From assembly GCF_009914755.1 (NCBI RefSeq), contig NC_060925.1: 64,000 bases of DNA. One strand, written 5' to 3'. This document shows positions 16,338 through 31,520 of this stretch, piece by piece. Positions within the stretch are counted from its first letter, which is position 1, and each line of letters begins with the position of its first letter. The notes under the pieces were generated by a model. The model had not been told where the DNA came from, did no database searches, and saw nothing but the letters and a program-made list of their open reading frames with translations. Both the position numbers and the translations under genes were made by a program. Source of the stretch: the human T2T-CHM13v2.0 reference genome, Homo sapiens.

Positions 16338-16786
16338 CCCATCAAAAAGTGGGCAAAGGACATGAATAGACATTTCTCAAAAAAAGATACATAAATTGGC
16401 CTACAAACAACATGAAAGCATGCTTAACATCACTAATGATCAAGGAAATGCAAATTGAAACCACAAAGCGATACCATCTTACTGCTGCAAGAATGACCAT
16501 TATTAAAAAGTCAAAAAACAATAGATGCTGGCATGGATATGGGGAAAAGGGAATGCTTATATGCTGCTGGTGGGAATGTAAAACTGGTGGGAATGTATAA
16601 CCTCTATGGAAAACAGTACAAAGATTCCTTAAAGAGCTAAAAGTAGATCTACCATTTGATCCAGCAACCCCACTACTGGGTATCTACACAAAGGAAACGA
16701 AGTCATCATATGAAAAAGAGATTTGAAAACGTATGTTTATAGCAGTACAATTCACAATTGCAAAGATGTGGAACTAATCTAAGTGC
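13872..16786 (+). mobile_element. Old LINE-1 (L1PB-like) ORF2 remnant, 5' and 3' truncated, antisense to EIF4G3
   Basis: Disrupted ORF2 peptides ([24 protein letters not shown] reverse-transcriptase motif near 15253, NPIKKWAKDMNRHFSK). Confidence 0.93.
16296..16337. repeat. (AAT)14 microsatellite inside L1
   Basis: Direct reading; source of the poly-I and poly-N ORFs. Confidence 0.95.
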
Positions 16787-16824
16787 ATTTTGATATATAA
16801 GTGTATATATCAAAAATAAATTCT

Positions 16825-17412
16825 GCCTGGGCACGGTGGCTCATGCCTGTAATCCCAGCACTTTGGGAGGCTGAGGTGGGCGGGCAGATCAACTGAGGTC
16901 AGGAGTTCAAAACCAGCCTGGCCAACAGGCGAAACCCTGTCTCTACTAAAAATACAAAAATTAGCCGGGCATGGTGGCAGGCACCTGTAATCCCAGCTAC
17001 TCAGGAGGCTGAGACAGAAGAATCACTTGAACCCAGGAGGCGGAGGTTGCAGTGAGCCAAGATCATGCCACTGAACTCTAGCCTGGGCAACAGAGACTCT
17101 GTTTCAAAATAAAAAAAAAATTCAGCTGGTGCAGTGGCTCATAGCAGAAATCTGGGAGGCTGAGGCAGGATTATCGCTTGAATTCAGGAGTTTGAGACCA
17201 GTCTGGGCAACATAACGAGACCTCATCTTTACTGAAAATAAAAAACATTAGCCAGGCATGGTGGCATGTGCATGTAGTCCCAGCTACTCAGAAGGCTGAG
17301 GTGGAGGTGGGAGGATTGCTTGAGCCCAGGATGTCAAGGCTGCAGTGAGCTGTGACTGTGTCACAGCACTCCAGCCAGGGCAACAGACAAGACCCTGTCT
17401 CAAAAAAATAAA
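16825..17412 (+). mobile_element. Tandem AluS (16825-17120) and AluJ (17124-17412)
   Basis: Two head-to-tail Alu dimers. Confidence 0.9.
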
Positions 17413-17746
17413 TGAAACAGAAAATTTAACAATTCCGTATGACAGAAGGCACGATTAACAAAGCTAAAACACAATCATCAAACAAGAAAAAAATGTTAAC
17501 ATATGTCAAAGTATTTATTTAACATGTAAAGCCCTCTTATAAATCTGTCAGACAAAAATCATCACCCAAAAGAAACGTGTACAACAGATAATTCATACAC
17601 CCACAAATAACTGGTGAACATCGAAAACTTCTTAACTTCACAGAATACACAAAAATTAAACAAGATACTGTTTTTTATTCTGTCAGATAAGCAATGAGTA
17701 GGTCTTTGATGGTCTGTGTGCAAATTCCTTAAAAATAATTTTTATT

Positions 17747-18265
<519 letters not shown>

Positions 18266-18794
18266 TGTATACAAATTCATTTTAATCTATGAAACAGCAT
18301 AACAAAGCAAGGATCTCTGCTCATCATGACGAACAGAGAATAGGACACTTTTCAAATGTCCCATTTAAAAACTTTTGAGAGAATCCACCCCAGTTTAGAT
18401 ACCTATTTAAAGTCTACAAGGCTTTACATATTATTGAAAAGAACCATTTAAGTCAAGGGAGGTTACTAATGATAAGTTATTTCATTAAAGATAAAGAAAA
18501 ATATAATTTAATTTAGTAACCACTATTTTTATCGTAGTCACCACTAAAACAAAAACCATACCTGTATGCTTTAAGGTACAGAATGCTATTAATTTATCAG
18601 TGCCTATGACTGAGATGACAAAATGAAATTTTAAAAGATTGGATTTGTTTACATTATACTAGGTATCACCTTCAAATTCTTCATGCAGGAATGTAACTAT
18701 TTACTGCACATATTAACATATAACATGAATATCATAACCGAAGCTATAGACCCAATTCTAGGAAACTATTACTGCTAAACCATGAAATGAACTA

Positions 18795-20019
18795 CAGTTG
18801 ACCCTTGAACAATTCAGGAGCTAGAGGAACTGACCCCACACAGTTGAAAATCTGTGTATAACTTTTGACTCCCCAAAAACTTAACTGGTAACAGCCTACT
18901 GCTGACTGAAAGCCTTACCGATAAAACATATTTTTTTCTCAGTATGTATGTTTTATATATTATATACTATATTCTTACAATAATGTAAGCTAGAAGAAAA
19001 TGTGTTTAAGAAAACCATCAGGAAGAGAAAATACATTTCCAATACTATGCTGTATTTATCAGTATCATAAGTTTACATCATCTGTTTATAAAATAAATCA
19101 TCTGTCTAAAATGGTGGTCAACCACAGCTGCAGATCTCAATCTATGGTAGATATCAAGCATATCTTGATATCAAAAAGTTGATATCAAGCAACTCAACTT
19201 TTTCTTGTAATGTTAGCACTTTTCTCTGCCTCTTGGAAGTACTGCCAGCATCACTGGTGGCACTCTGTATGGGTCCCATGGTGTTATTCAAGGTTTATGG
19301 CAATGCACTAAGCACAATGAAAAAATATGTAACAACAAAGAGAAATTACTTTTTACTATGAGGCACAATTTACAGGAGAGATGAACTGCTCATCTGGAGA
19401 TGATTAGTGTCACAGGGTATTTTAAGCGGATACTCTCAACCCTTGAGCTTACTAAAATAGCAACAGGAGGTGGCTATAAAATTACATTAGTACAGTATGT
19501 ACTACAGTTAATTTTATGAAGTTAGGATGTAATATTGCCTCTTGTAGTTTTGTTTTTTTTTTGTTTTTTTTTTTTTTGAGAGACAAGGTCTTGCTATGCT
19601 GCCCAGGCTGGTCTCATACTCCTGGGCTGAAGCAACCCTTCCACCTCAGTTTTCCAAAGTGCTGGGATTACAGGCGTGCACCACCATGTCCAGATTGCAT
19701 ATTTGTGTCTGTTGACACTTCTCTCTGTATGGTCTGTATGGTCTCTCTGTATGGTCTGTATTTGTGTACCTAAGTTTTGATAAATTTTAACTTTTATAAT
19801 AGATTTGTATATATTTTATGGCACTAAATGAAAACACAGACCAGTATCTACATATATTTTGTGTATTCATGACATACCTAAATTTTTCTTTTTTTGATAA
19901 TTTTAGGCAATATGTCATCTGGAAGTTTTCAAATTATCACAATGTCCAAAAAATTTCCCAATGTATTTACTGAAAAAAATTATCATATAAACGAACCCAT
20001 TTTGTTCAAGGGTCAACTG
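18795..20019. mobile_element. Tigger2-family internal-deletion derivative (Tigger2b-like) with an Alu monomer at about 19545-19692
   Basis: Perfect 18-bp TIRs CAGTTGACCCTTGAACAA / TTGTTCAAGGGTCAACTG flanked by TA. Confidence 0.88.
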
Positions 20020-20311
20020 TAATTAATAAATGGTCATGGAATTTAAGGTTTGCAGGTATCAACTTCATAAGCAGCTCAACAAAAGACTGAATAACCTGCT
20101 GACTTAATTTTCCCAAATGGTAGGAGAGATTGTATCTTTCCTAAGATACGCTATCAATCCATAATTTCCTACCCCAAAGCCCCATAGCATAGGACTCTCT
20201 CCCATGTCATAACTGTGTTTCATTACAATAATAATTCTAGAAGCAGGGGGGAAAAAGAGTATATCAAGGAAGAAAGGTACATAATTCATTTTTAAAAATT
20301 AAGTGATCTTT

Positions 20312-20588
20312 GGCCGGGCATGGTGGCTCATGCCTGTAATCCTAGAGCTTTGGGAGGCTGAGGCGAGCAGATCACTTGAGGTCAGGTGTTCGAGACCAGC
20401 CTGGGTCAACACGATGAAACCCTGTCTCTACTAAAAATACAAAAATTAGCTGGCGTGGTGGCACATGCCTGTAATTCCAGCTACTCAGGAGGCAAAGGCT
20501 GCAGTGAGCCGAGATTGTGCCACCGCACTTGCACTCTAGCCTGGGTGACAGAGTGAGTGAGACTCCATCTCAAAAAAAAAAAAAAAAA
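20312..20588 (+). mobile_element. AluS with a right-arm deletion
   Basis: TSD AAAAATTAAGTGAT(C/T)TTT. Confidence 0.9.
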
Positions 20589-21339
20589 TTAAGTGATTTT
20601 TGATCCACCATTCATCCTATTTGGAAGTAGACAATCTTGACATGGCATCATGTATTTATTTTTACACTACCGGGTTTCAATGAAGACTATTAGGCATAAT
20701 AGCTAGCATATTTCTAAATACAGGGATATTCCTTATGCCTTACTGTCATCATCAGGAGTTGAGAGATTTGATACTGAGCGAGTAACAAAATTCTTCCTTC
20801 TTTCCCACTTTAATAGGTAAGAACTAAAAGGGAACTCTCAGATTATTTCGTACAATTCCTCATTTTACAGATGAAAAAATAGGGGTTTTAAGAACTTAAT
20901 GTTCTGACCCAAGGTCATAAATCTAAGTAACACAGTGAAAACCAGCAGCAAGTGTTCTCGTGAGCCATGATATCCAGCCATGCACCTCCATCTACGCACT
21001 GTGATCCTCTGTGCATATACAGGGATCCAATGTGTATATACAGGGAACATGTATATACACATATGCATATTTCCTAAATATGTGAGATACAAAATCTCTA
21101 CTAGCTAACCCACAGAAAATTTTAAGACTTTGAAGAACAGTTTCAAATTCTGTCTACTTCTCATTAGGGTAAAAACAGCAGCAGCAAAAATTTGTTTCTC
21201 CTCTCCATTCTCCTCACAGAAACCCAATGCAGTTTCCCTCAATTAACTCATAGCTTGTGTCACAAATTTAATATAATTGCTCCCTCGGCATCCACTTTTA
21301 GGGCTAGCATATGTTTTTGAAACCCTTTCACATTTGGCC

Positions 21340-21862
21340 TAGTTCAAATATTTCCTTCCTGTGTAGTTGCTTGTGAAAGAGGCCGTTTGTTCCTCATCTC
21401 ACTGACCCAAAACACAACATATCCCATAGCTGCTGACCATGATAAAACCTAATGGTTAACACTAGAGTCCTGTAAGTAAGTTCACCCTTTGAAAGTGTTT
21501 TCTTCAAACTAGCAAATCCATAACTCCAGTGGGGAAGCCTAAGGGAGGACATGGACCTTAATAAAGGGACAGTCCCACGAGTCGTCTTTCTCTCTCTCTC
21601 CACCTGCTGGGTGAGTTCCCTGCTGTCTTCAGAGCTCCCCTATCAGCCTCCCATCAGCACTGCTAACCTCTCTGGGATTAGGAAGTAGTAAATTTTTTTC
21701 TGTTTCATGCATTTTGGTTTCACTTCCTCATTATGTCTCACCTGACAAACACACCCAAACATAACTTTTCCCTGGTCAGGGCTCTCTTAGAGAGTGGCTA
21801 TCCTGGTTTATGGCCACTCTTGACAGAGAAACCTCAAGACCAAATTAGATAAAAATCACAAT
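21340..21862 (+). mobile_element. ERVL-type solo LTR (MER54/MER73/MER74-like)
   Basis: Motifs GAGAGTGGCTATC and GAAACCTCAAGACCAAATTAGA resemble recalled ERVL LTR ends; subfamily uncertain. Confidence 0.55.
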
Positions 21863-23114
21863 GGCTTGACCACCTGCCAAAAGCAAACTCATTATATCCC
21901 GCTCTTTAAACTTCCCCATGTATACTCAATATTATGTTTCACTACAAAAGACGTATTTTTAAACATGAAGAGGCATCCCTGACTCTCTCTCTCCCTTACA
22001 TCTGGAGAAAACTTGCATCCCCATTTACATGTGCAGTACTGATTACGCCTGCTGTGCTGGCATTAACAATAGCATTGCCATTCATTTCCACAATCACCCC
22101 AATTTAGATGGTAAATTATATGGTCATCCTTTTTAGAGTCCTTATCTAGTTAGTAACTAATTGCTAAACATCTCTCCAACTGGCTTCCTCTCCTTCAATG
22201 AATTTCTCACCTGAAATATGATAATAATAGCCTCCCTTCATCTAATTTCCCATTTTTGCACATGCTGTTCCTCTGCCTCAATACCCCTTTCCCTTTCATT
22301 TTGTGAATACCCATGAAAATTAGATCAAATGGTGTCTCTGTGGTAAAGCCTTCCCACGTTCTTCCAGTCATTCTCTGTGCCTCCTGAAATAATAATAATT
22401 GTAATATTAGTAATAGATATTTGCTGAATATTCATTGCGCACCAGGCACTGAACTTAAACAATTTTTAAGTATTTTGTCTCATTTAATCCTCTCTGTGTG
22501 ATAGGTTTTACTTTTTAAATGTAGAAAGCAATGCTCTGGGATAAAGTAATTGGGCTAAAGTTACAAAGCTAAGCAGTGGAACCCACACATGAAACCCAGT
22601 TATGTCTGATTCCAAGTCAAAGTTTTAAACCTCTTCCCTGTTCTATTTCACATGTACCACCACCATTAATGGGTCTCTGGTATCTGTGCTACAATTCTGC
22701 CCCACTTGGTCACCTCTGCACCAGTCAGATCTTAGTAACAGGTCTTCTGTTTCCCTTTACAGAGACTGGGACTTCCCTCGGTGATAGGGAAAGGCTTGGT
22801 TATCCACAGCATAAGCAATTATGTCTAACTCAAAGCAGGTACTTTAAGGCCAATACTACAGTATTTACTGTTGAATCCTAAATTCTGATGCAGAGGGCTG
22901 TCTCATCTGTAGTCTTCTAACCAGATATGATTCTGTATTTATCTGGATTGATGTCAAAATTGAAAACTAGTAAAACTGAAGTTAAATCTAATGAGTCTTC
23001 TTTGGCTGGCAGATTGCTATTTTGTTAAGGAAATTAGTTGCCAATATTTATAACTTGCAGCTTTTTTACACATAACTAAACATTTCTAGCTTCTTCTGAA
23101 ACAATGGGTCAACA

Positions 23115-23409
<295 letters not shown>

Positions 23410-24605
23410 TTCTATGATGCTCCAGAAAATGAGGTCAAATGTCAGTTGTCATCATTATGCTTGTGCTACTGTTTTTCTTAAGAGGAAAATGAAATATCTC
23501 TAGTACACGTCTCTGTTAAAAAGCTATTCGTTCATTCCATGAATTTCATGCATTTGGATTTAAAAGCATGAAATTCACCTAATAAACTTATGCTTTATAA
23601 CTGATGTTACACTTCCCAAAAAGAACTACCAAATTACTACTATTGACTGATGGCCTTCATCTGTTGAAAGTGTAGATTCGATGTGCTTTATGATTATAGA
23701 GAAATATACACTCATATTCAGAACCACAGTCTCTGGGGAAAGACACAGAACAAAAAGATGTCTGTAGCTAAACACAGAGGGATACCAGAAGAGGGTGGGA
23801 ACCAAGCTTGGAAAGTTACAGAAAACCAATCACACCCCACAGGGCATTTAAGTGCAAAAAGACACATACATGTCCAAATTGAGAATTTAAACAGAAATCA
23901 ACAAAGGATTGTCTATCCTTTATCTGGCTTGACAGTAGTAACATTTTAATATGTTTGAAAATACAGACTAAAATTTGACTGCACTGATCAACTAATTGCA
24001 AAGTTTTGCTATAGTGTGCCCCCACCTAACAGAGCACATATATAGATTACTTCAATTTGAAAATTTTGCTTATCCCATGCTCACTTCCAGGGAAGAGACT
24101 AAATATAAGACCTGCTTAATCATTCCAAAATTGGAATGTCCCTAGGGGAATAATGAGGAGTGATGAAGAATTATTAACATGACCTTACAACACACATGTC
24201 CAGATGGACATATATACTCATCTGGATAATGAAAGACTGAGATAAATGTCAGCCAGATACCATCATTTCCAAGAGAAAACATATCATTACAACAAAGGAC
24301 CAAAATTAAGTCTTTCTCAAATCCACAGATTTCCAAGGGGCTCTAAACTCAGCCAGCTGTTTGTGATTTTGATATTTAAGAATATTTTTATGAACTTTTT
24401 ATTTTTGTCTGTACTACTAAAATGAAGTCAATAGTCTATCATTCTGAAATGCTTTCTATGTGATCATCCATATCACTTGTTTGTAAACTGGGCTCCAAGG
24501 AACCCCTTTACCATCCAGGCATAAAAGAGCAAAGAGAGCAGCCCCCTACTCCTTAATAGCTTTCTTTTTATCTGTTTCTAGACATTAGGCTTTCACTTTA
24601 GACAA

Positions 24606-25119
24606 TTTTTTTTAAGGGACAGGATCTTGCTATGTTGCCCAAGCTGGAATCAAGGGATCCTCCTGTTTAGCCTCCCAAATAGCTGGGACTATCGGCATGT
24701 GCCACTGCACCTGCAATTGGCTTCACTTTAGATAATTTTTAAGATCTGAAAACCACGTGTCTCTATATCATTTATCAAAATGCAAAGTGACATAGGAGGA
24801 ATGAAATACAAATCTTTTTTTTTTTTTTTTAAGACAGAGTCTCTCTCTCTCTATTGCCCAGGCTGGTGAGTACAGCAGCACAATCTCGGCTCACCACAGC
24901 CTCCGTCTCCTGGGTTCAAACGATTCTCCTGCCTCAGCTTCCTGAGTACCTGGGATTACAGGCATGTGCGACCACGCCCAGCTAATTTTTGTATTTTTAG
25001 TACAGATGGGGTTTCACCATGTTGGCTAGATTGGTCTCGAACTCCAGACCTCGGGTGATTTGGCCCACCTCAGCCTCCCAAAGTGGTGGGATTACAGGCA
25101 TGAGCCAACGCGCCCGGCC
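24606..25119 (-). mobile_element. Alu monomer (24606-24712) and AluS (24814-25119; TSD TGAAATACAAATCTT)
   Basis: Reverse Alu similarity with flanking direct repeats. Confidence 0.88.
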
Positions 25120-25295
25120 TTGAAATACAAATCTTGTCAGATTTGCGGAATCTAATCTCTATTATAGTTTACTAAACTCCAGTTTCCTCTACAATATCTT
25201 GATTTCTAAAAACAAGAAAGTAACATCTTAGGAGATTATGATAACCACATTCTTCACCAGGAAGAAAAAGGTGCCTAACTGACAATTTATTAATA

Positions 25296-25585
25296 AGTTC
25301 CACATTCAGAGATTCAACCAACGGTGGATAAAAAATATTTAGAAAAAAACATTTTTAAATAAAAACACAATAGAAATTTTAAAATACTACAGTATGACAA
25401 CTACTTACACTGTATTAGATATTATAAGTAATTTAGAGATTATTTAAAGTATATGGGAGGATGTGCACTGTTTATATGCAAATACTACGCCATTTTACAT
25501 AATGAACTTGAACAACCACGAATTTTGGTACTGTGGAGGGGGCATCTTTGAACAAATCCCCTGTAGATACCAAGGGATGACTGTA
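25296..25585. mobile_element. MER2-type Tigger MITE (partial)
   Basis: Ends CCCCTGTAGATACCAAGGGATGACTG-TA. Confidence 0.7.
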
Positions 25586-26112
25586 ATTAAAGAAGACACT
25601 CTGCACTCAAGAAGCTCATTTATGTAGTTCTAAAAGGTAAGAAGTATACCTGTTATACATCCTAATATGCTCTCAATAACACAGGAAATCATCTCAAGCA
25701 ACACTGTTTGGTAAAAATGTTAAATTCTCAACCTTAATGTTTGCGTTAACAAAAGGTGCAGCACTTAAATCCTAAGGTTCCATGTGAAATGTGAAATACT
25801 CATTTAATGATGAGGTTTCTACAAGAATGCAGCTCCTTTTGGCATCATGCGATAGTTCATTAAGAAGAGTGGCAGCACCTCACCTGTGCTCTGATTGTGA
25901 AAACAATACATAAATATATTACCAATAAAAATTTAAAAATATTATAATTTGCAAAGAGAAAAAACATGTCTGTTTAAATACCATTTAGATATTCGAGGCT
26001 GCGAGACAACTGATGGAAATGAAAAGTACAGAAAGTGGCTATAGAAGAAAGAAGAGTTCAGTAGAGGTTAGTGAACAAATAGTGCCATCCATTACAGCTC
26101 ACTCTGTCTTAC

Positions 26113-26235
26113 CTGAGGAGGAGTAGGTGTGGACGTGGGTCTTCCTATGGGTGGAGTAGGATTTCTGCTGCCACCTCCAGACATAATCTCCTCTGTTATG
26201 TCTTTACCTCCCTGGTTTGGATCCCGAATTCTTAT
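26113..26235 (-). CDS. EIF4G3: EIF4G3 exon, 123 nt, [41 protein letters not shown] (core of the PABP-binding motif)
   Basis: TATAG| acceptor, CAG|GTAAGA donor; conserved eIF4G PABP-binding sequence. Confidence 0.98.
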
Positions 26236-26594
26236 CTATAAGGTTAAATAAAATGACATATGTACAGATGAGTGTCTGTGTAGCAAATTTATAGGCATAT
26301 AAGTGAGTTAAAGGTGCAAACTGGGAAACCTGTCAAATATCAAAGGTGATAATCACCACATTTGACTTTATTTCAATCACAGATCCATCAGATAAATGTA
26401 GGCCATTAGCTCTGACATGAACTAATTAGAATAACAAGCTAAAATGAAACCTAGTTGGCTGGATTTCTAGGTCAAAAAGGCAAACTATTAATATTTATAC
26501 TTGTTTTGTAAGAACCTGTAAGACTGATTTTATTTACCATATTTAACATACAAGTTTCATAAAATACTTTTAATATATGAAAGTTACTGCATAG

Positions 26595-26777
<183 letters not shown>

Positions 26778-26970
26778 TAAACGCTGTAAATAATTCTCTG
26801 AAGTTCTTTACCAAAATAAAAAATATAAATACCCTACGAGTTAGGAATAATTTATTCTGACAACAACCTTATATACAAATGTAATAATGCTGACTGCAAT
26901 CATGCCTTTTCCAGCAAAGACTGGAAAAAGGTTGATCGAGAACAGAATAGCTCAAAAATTATCATACGTC

Positions 26971-27704
<734 letters not shown>

Positions 27705-28276
27705 TTATTTTAATTTTTTTAAAGGCTACCCTATGCTTAAAGATGTCAGTGGAGTTGGTGCTGTAAAGGAGGTAAGTGTCTGCGACTAGGCATTCTATTC
27801 TGGGAGAGTGCTAAGATATAAAGGACCCACTGTTGTTTATTACCACCATACCTTAATCAAGGCAGTCCACACTTCTTGAGAATTTCAAGGAATTCACTAA
27901 TGAAACTACCTGGATCTGGACGCTTTTAGGGGAGTCCTTCAATTAAGACTTCTAATGCCAGCTATTGTTTAGGTATGGAAAATTATTTCTAATAAAGTTT
28001 TAAGTATAGCTTTAATTCATTTATTCTACTTTCTTCTTTAGAAACATCTGTAACTACTGTCTTCCGGTTTCATTTCTTCTATTCATTTTTCTGCATTCTG
28101 AGAGTGTTCTTCAAGTCCAACTTCTATCATGCTGATTCAACATTACCAAAGCATATAGTTTCTTGACTGTAGTGTCATGATACATTGTCATGTCCTGTTC
28201 ATTATGATATATGCACAAGTAATTTGTTTCTAATGATAAAAACAAGTTTTAAACCAAAGTCTTGAACCTCACTATT

Positions 28277-28571
28277 ATTTTCTTGTTTGTTTACTTGAGA
28301 TACAGTTCACACTGTTGCCCAGGCTGGAGTGCAGTGGCACGATCTCACTGCAACCTCCCCCTCCCAGTTTCAAGTGATTCTCGTGCCTCAGCCTCCCGAG
28401 TAGCTGGAATTATAGGCACGAGCCTCCACACCCAGCTAATTTTTGTATTTTCAGTAGAGATGGGTTTTCGCCATGTTGGCCAGGTTGGTCTCGAGCTCCT
28501 TACCTCAAGTGATCTACCCATCTCGGCCTCCAAAGTGCTGGGGTTACAGGTGTGAGCCACTGTACCCGGCC
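28277..28571 (-). mobile_element. AluS
   Basis: Reverse Alu; TSD TGAACCTCA.TA. Confidence 0.9.
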
Positions 28572-28990
28572 TGAACCTCATTAATTTTTATTAAGTTAGA
28601 GTAATTCAAGAGTATTGCTATAAATCACCCCACCTATCTTACTCGTGTGAATGTGGGAGTCTCTCTTGAATAAAAAGATCACCCATTTTGTCTGTTCTGT
28701 TGCGTAAGGAATTGCAAGCCACTCTTCTACAATTTTTCTGCCATTTGACTTTTATATTACTACACTCCAATTCTCTTGGGCCTGCCTCATTAGACAAAGA
28801 CAAAACCCCTATAAATTATAAAAAACAATTAGAATACATTTTCTAAACTCTGTTTTTTGTTTCTTAAAAGATATCTATTTCACAGGAAGGATTTTTCTTG
28901 CTATCCTTAATATCTCAGTTCTTTTTCCTTGTGCTATTTTTTTCTTCTGTCAATTCATACTTGAATGGAGAGCTGATTAAAACTGGTGTT

Positions 28991-29290
28991 GGCCAGGCAC
29001 GGTGGCTCACACCTATAATCCCAGCACTTTGGGAGGCCAAGGTAGGCAGACTGCTTGAGCTCAGGAGTTCGAGATCACCCTGGGCAACATGGCGAAATCC
29101 CACCTCTACTAAAATACAAAAAATTAGCCGGGCCTGGTGGCTTGTGCCTGTAGTCCCAACTACTTGGGAGGCTGAGGCATGAGAATCGCTTGAGCCCCAG
29201 AAGCAGAGGGTGCAGTTCAGCTGAGATCACGCCACTGCACTCCAGCTTGGGCTACAGAGTGAGACTCCATCTCAAAAAAAAAAAGAAAAA
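28991..29290 (+). mobile_element. Alu (J/S)
   Basis: TSD AA.ACTGGTGTT. Confidence 0.9.
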
Positions 29291-29640
29291 GACTGGTGTT
29301 AAAGGAGAGTCTAGATGTGAGAACTGAGCTTAAATTCCTCACACTGAGTAAAACCTTAGCCCACTAAACCCTCCCAGTTCTAAAGGTGGAGTACATGTTG
29401 TCATGTAGCAAACCTAGCTCAGTGAATAATTAAAGATGATATTATGCAAATGGTATGAACAACTTCTAATTACATGCCCATACAAATCCTCCAGGTGAAG
29501 TGGTGTGACTATAAGGGAAGAATAAAAAAAAAAAAGGCACAGTAATTTGTGAATTGAGATGAATAATGACTACGTAAACTTATCTGATAAGTGAATAGAT
29601 TTTAGATTTAAAATAAGAAAAAGTAATAAAAATCTCTTAC

Positions 29641-29738
29641 AGTTTTTTTCTCTCTCTTGGCTGGAGGCGGCTGTTGCTGCGTAGGCACTATGATAGGTGC
29701 TGACTGATACACCGGCTGACTTGGGTAAAAAGGCGTTC
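29641..29738 (-). CDS. EIF4G3: EIF4G3 exon, 98 nt, (G)TPFYPSQPVYQSAPIIVPTQQQPPPAKREKKT
   Basis: TTTTTAG| acceptor, ACT|GTAAGA donor, phase 1-0, completes the split Gly codon. Confidence 0.97.
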
Positions 29739-30519
29739 CTAAAAAGTTGGAAAAAATTAAATAGGCATTCAGTTATTTTGTCAAACACTACAGAACTAGC
29801 AATGACACTGTGTCTCTGCACAATCCCCTTAAAAGGGTAAAAACAAAAACACTAAGCATTCTTCATCATCTTTTTCCACTAGCTCTCCTCCAGTTACTGA
29901 AGTGGTCAAGAAATTATTCCCAAAATATGTAATGTCTTCAAACATTCACAAACATCCAATATGAAAACCACTAAATACTCGGTTCCTACAGATCCACACC
30001 ACAGTTGTCTTTCTAAAACATGGATCATGCTATAGTGATGCTTTTAAAAAATATTATTCTGAGGCTTACCACATGCAACTGTGACTCTCACACAAGGGTG
30101 TATGTGTATGTTTGTTTATGGGTTTTGTCAGGGACAGAAGGGAATATATCTGATCATCTTGGAAAGTAGGGGTGATCTAATTCTTCTCCTTACTCATGGG
30201 GAACTACTGCCATAGGGAGGTACATAAAGGATTAGCAAATTTCCGAATACTGGGGTGGAAAAAAGGCTCAGAACATATGGCCTTAAGATAAAGTCCAGAT
30301 ACTTAGAATCCAGGTTCCAAATTACATTTTCTATCATTCTTGAATCCACATCTTTGTTCTAGCTATAACCTACTCCTAACTCCTATCCTTTGAGTACACC
30401 AATCTCTTCAACTTTTGACTGTACTGCCCATCTGCCTGAAATTATCTTCTTCCCCCACTCCTTGTACTCCCAATGAGCTGTTTTTAACTTTCAAAACTTA
30501 AGACTATTATTATAATTAC

Positions 30520-31520
30520 TATCAAGCCAAATTGTTTGGAGTAGAGGTGTGGAGAAGGGGTCAAATACTGGATGGTTTGAGGGTAGAGCCTATAGATTTG
30601 CTGATGAATTGGATACTGGTGTGAGAGAAAGAAGACTCAAGGAAAACTCTTTCAGTTTTATGCCTGAGCAAGTGAAAGAACAGAGGTACTACTTGCTAAG
30701 ATGAGGAATGCTGAAGGAATAGAGTTTGGGGCAGAAAAATCAAGAGTTCAGTTTTAGACAGGTCAAGTTTCGGGTGCTTACCAGATCTTCAAATACAGAT
30801 CAAGTAGTTAGAAAGTGACACAAATCTGGAGTCAGAGGATAGGTATGAGTTACAGTTATCCATTCTGGAATTCACAGAATATAAACAACATTTAAACAAG
30901 ACTAGATAACTCAGGAAATGAATACAGATAGAAAAGAAGCCCAGTGGTTAAATCTTGGGGCATTCCATGTCTATTAGAGGTCACAGAAATTGGGAAAACT
31001 CCAGCCAAAGAGATGAAAACCAAGGCAGTGGTTGAAATCAAGAAAATTATTCAAGAATGAGGGCTGTGCTTAACCACATCAAATGGTGCTGAAGAGGTCA
31101 AATAAGATTTTTCAAAGTACAAATCACCAGTGACCTTGACAAAAGTTGTTTGGGCAGAGAGGTGAAGAGTGTGAAGCCTGATTTGAGTGGGTTCAATAGT
31201 GAAAGAGAAGACGGAAAATGAAAACCATGAGTACAAATATTTTCCTTAAAAATTTTGCCGTAAAAGAAAAGCAGAAAAATTGAGCTATAGCTGGACAAAA
31301 ATATGGAATCAGAAAAACTTTCCTTAATATGTCAATGAAACAGTGTGCCTATTCCTATATACAGATGACACTAATCCAGCAGAGGAAGGGGGGAAAATTG
31401 TCAATGTGGGAAAGAAAGAATTGCTAGAGTAATAGCCTTAAATGGGTACAGGATGGGATCCAGTACACACATAAAAGATTGGCTTTCCATAGAACATGGA
31501 TAATTGATTCACCGTAACAA
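30520..31520. mobile_element. Ancient L2 fragment
   Basis: AATCAAGAGTTCAGTTTTAGACA, CAAATGGTGCTGAAGAGGTCAAATAAGAT and GTGACCTTGAC motifs typical of L2. Confidence 0.65.

Noticed and set aside
13768-16600. ORFs resembling reverse transcriptase/endonuclease
   Set aside because: Fragments of a dead L1 ORF2 with many stops and frameshifts, not a functional RT system.
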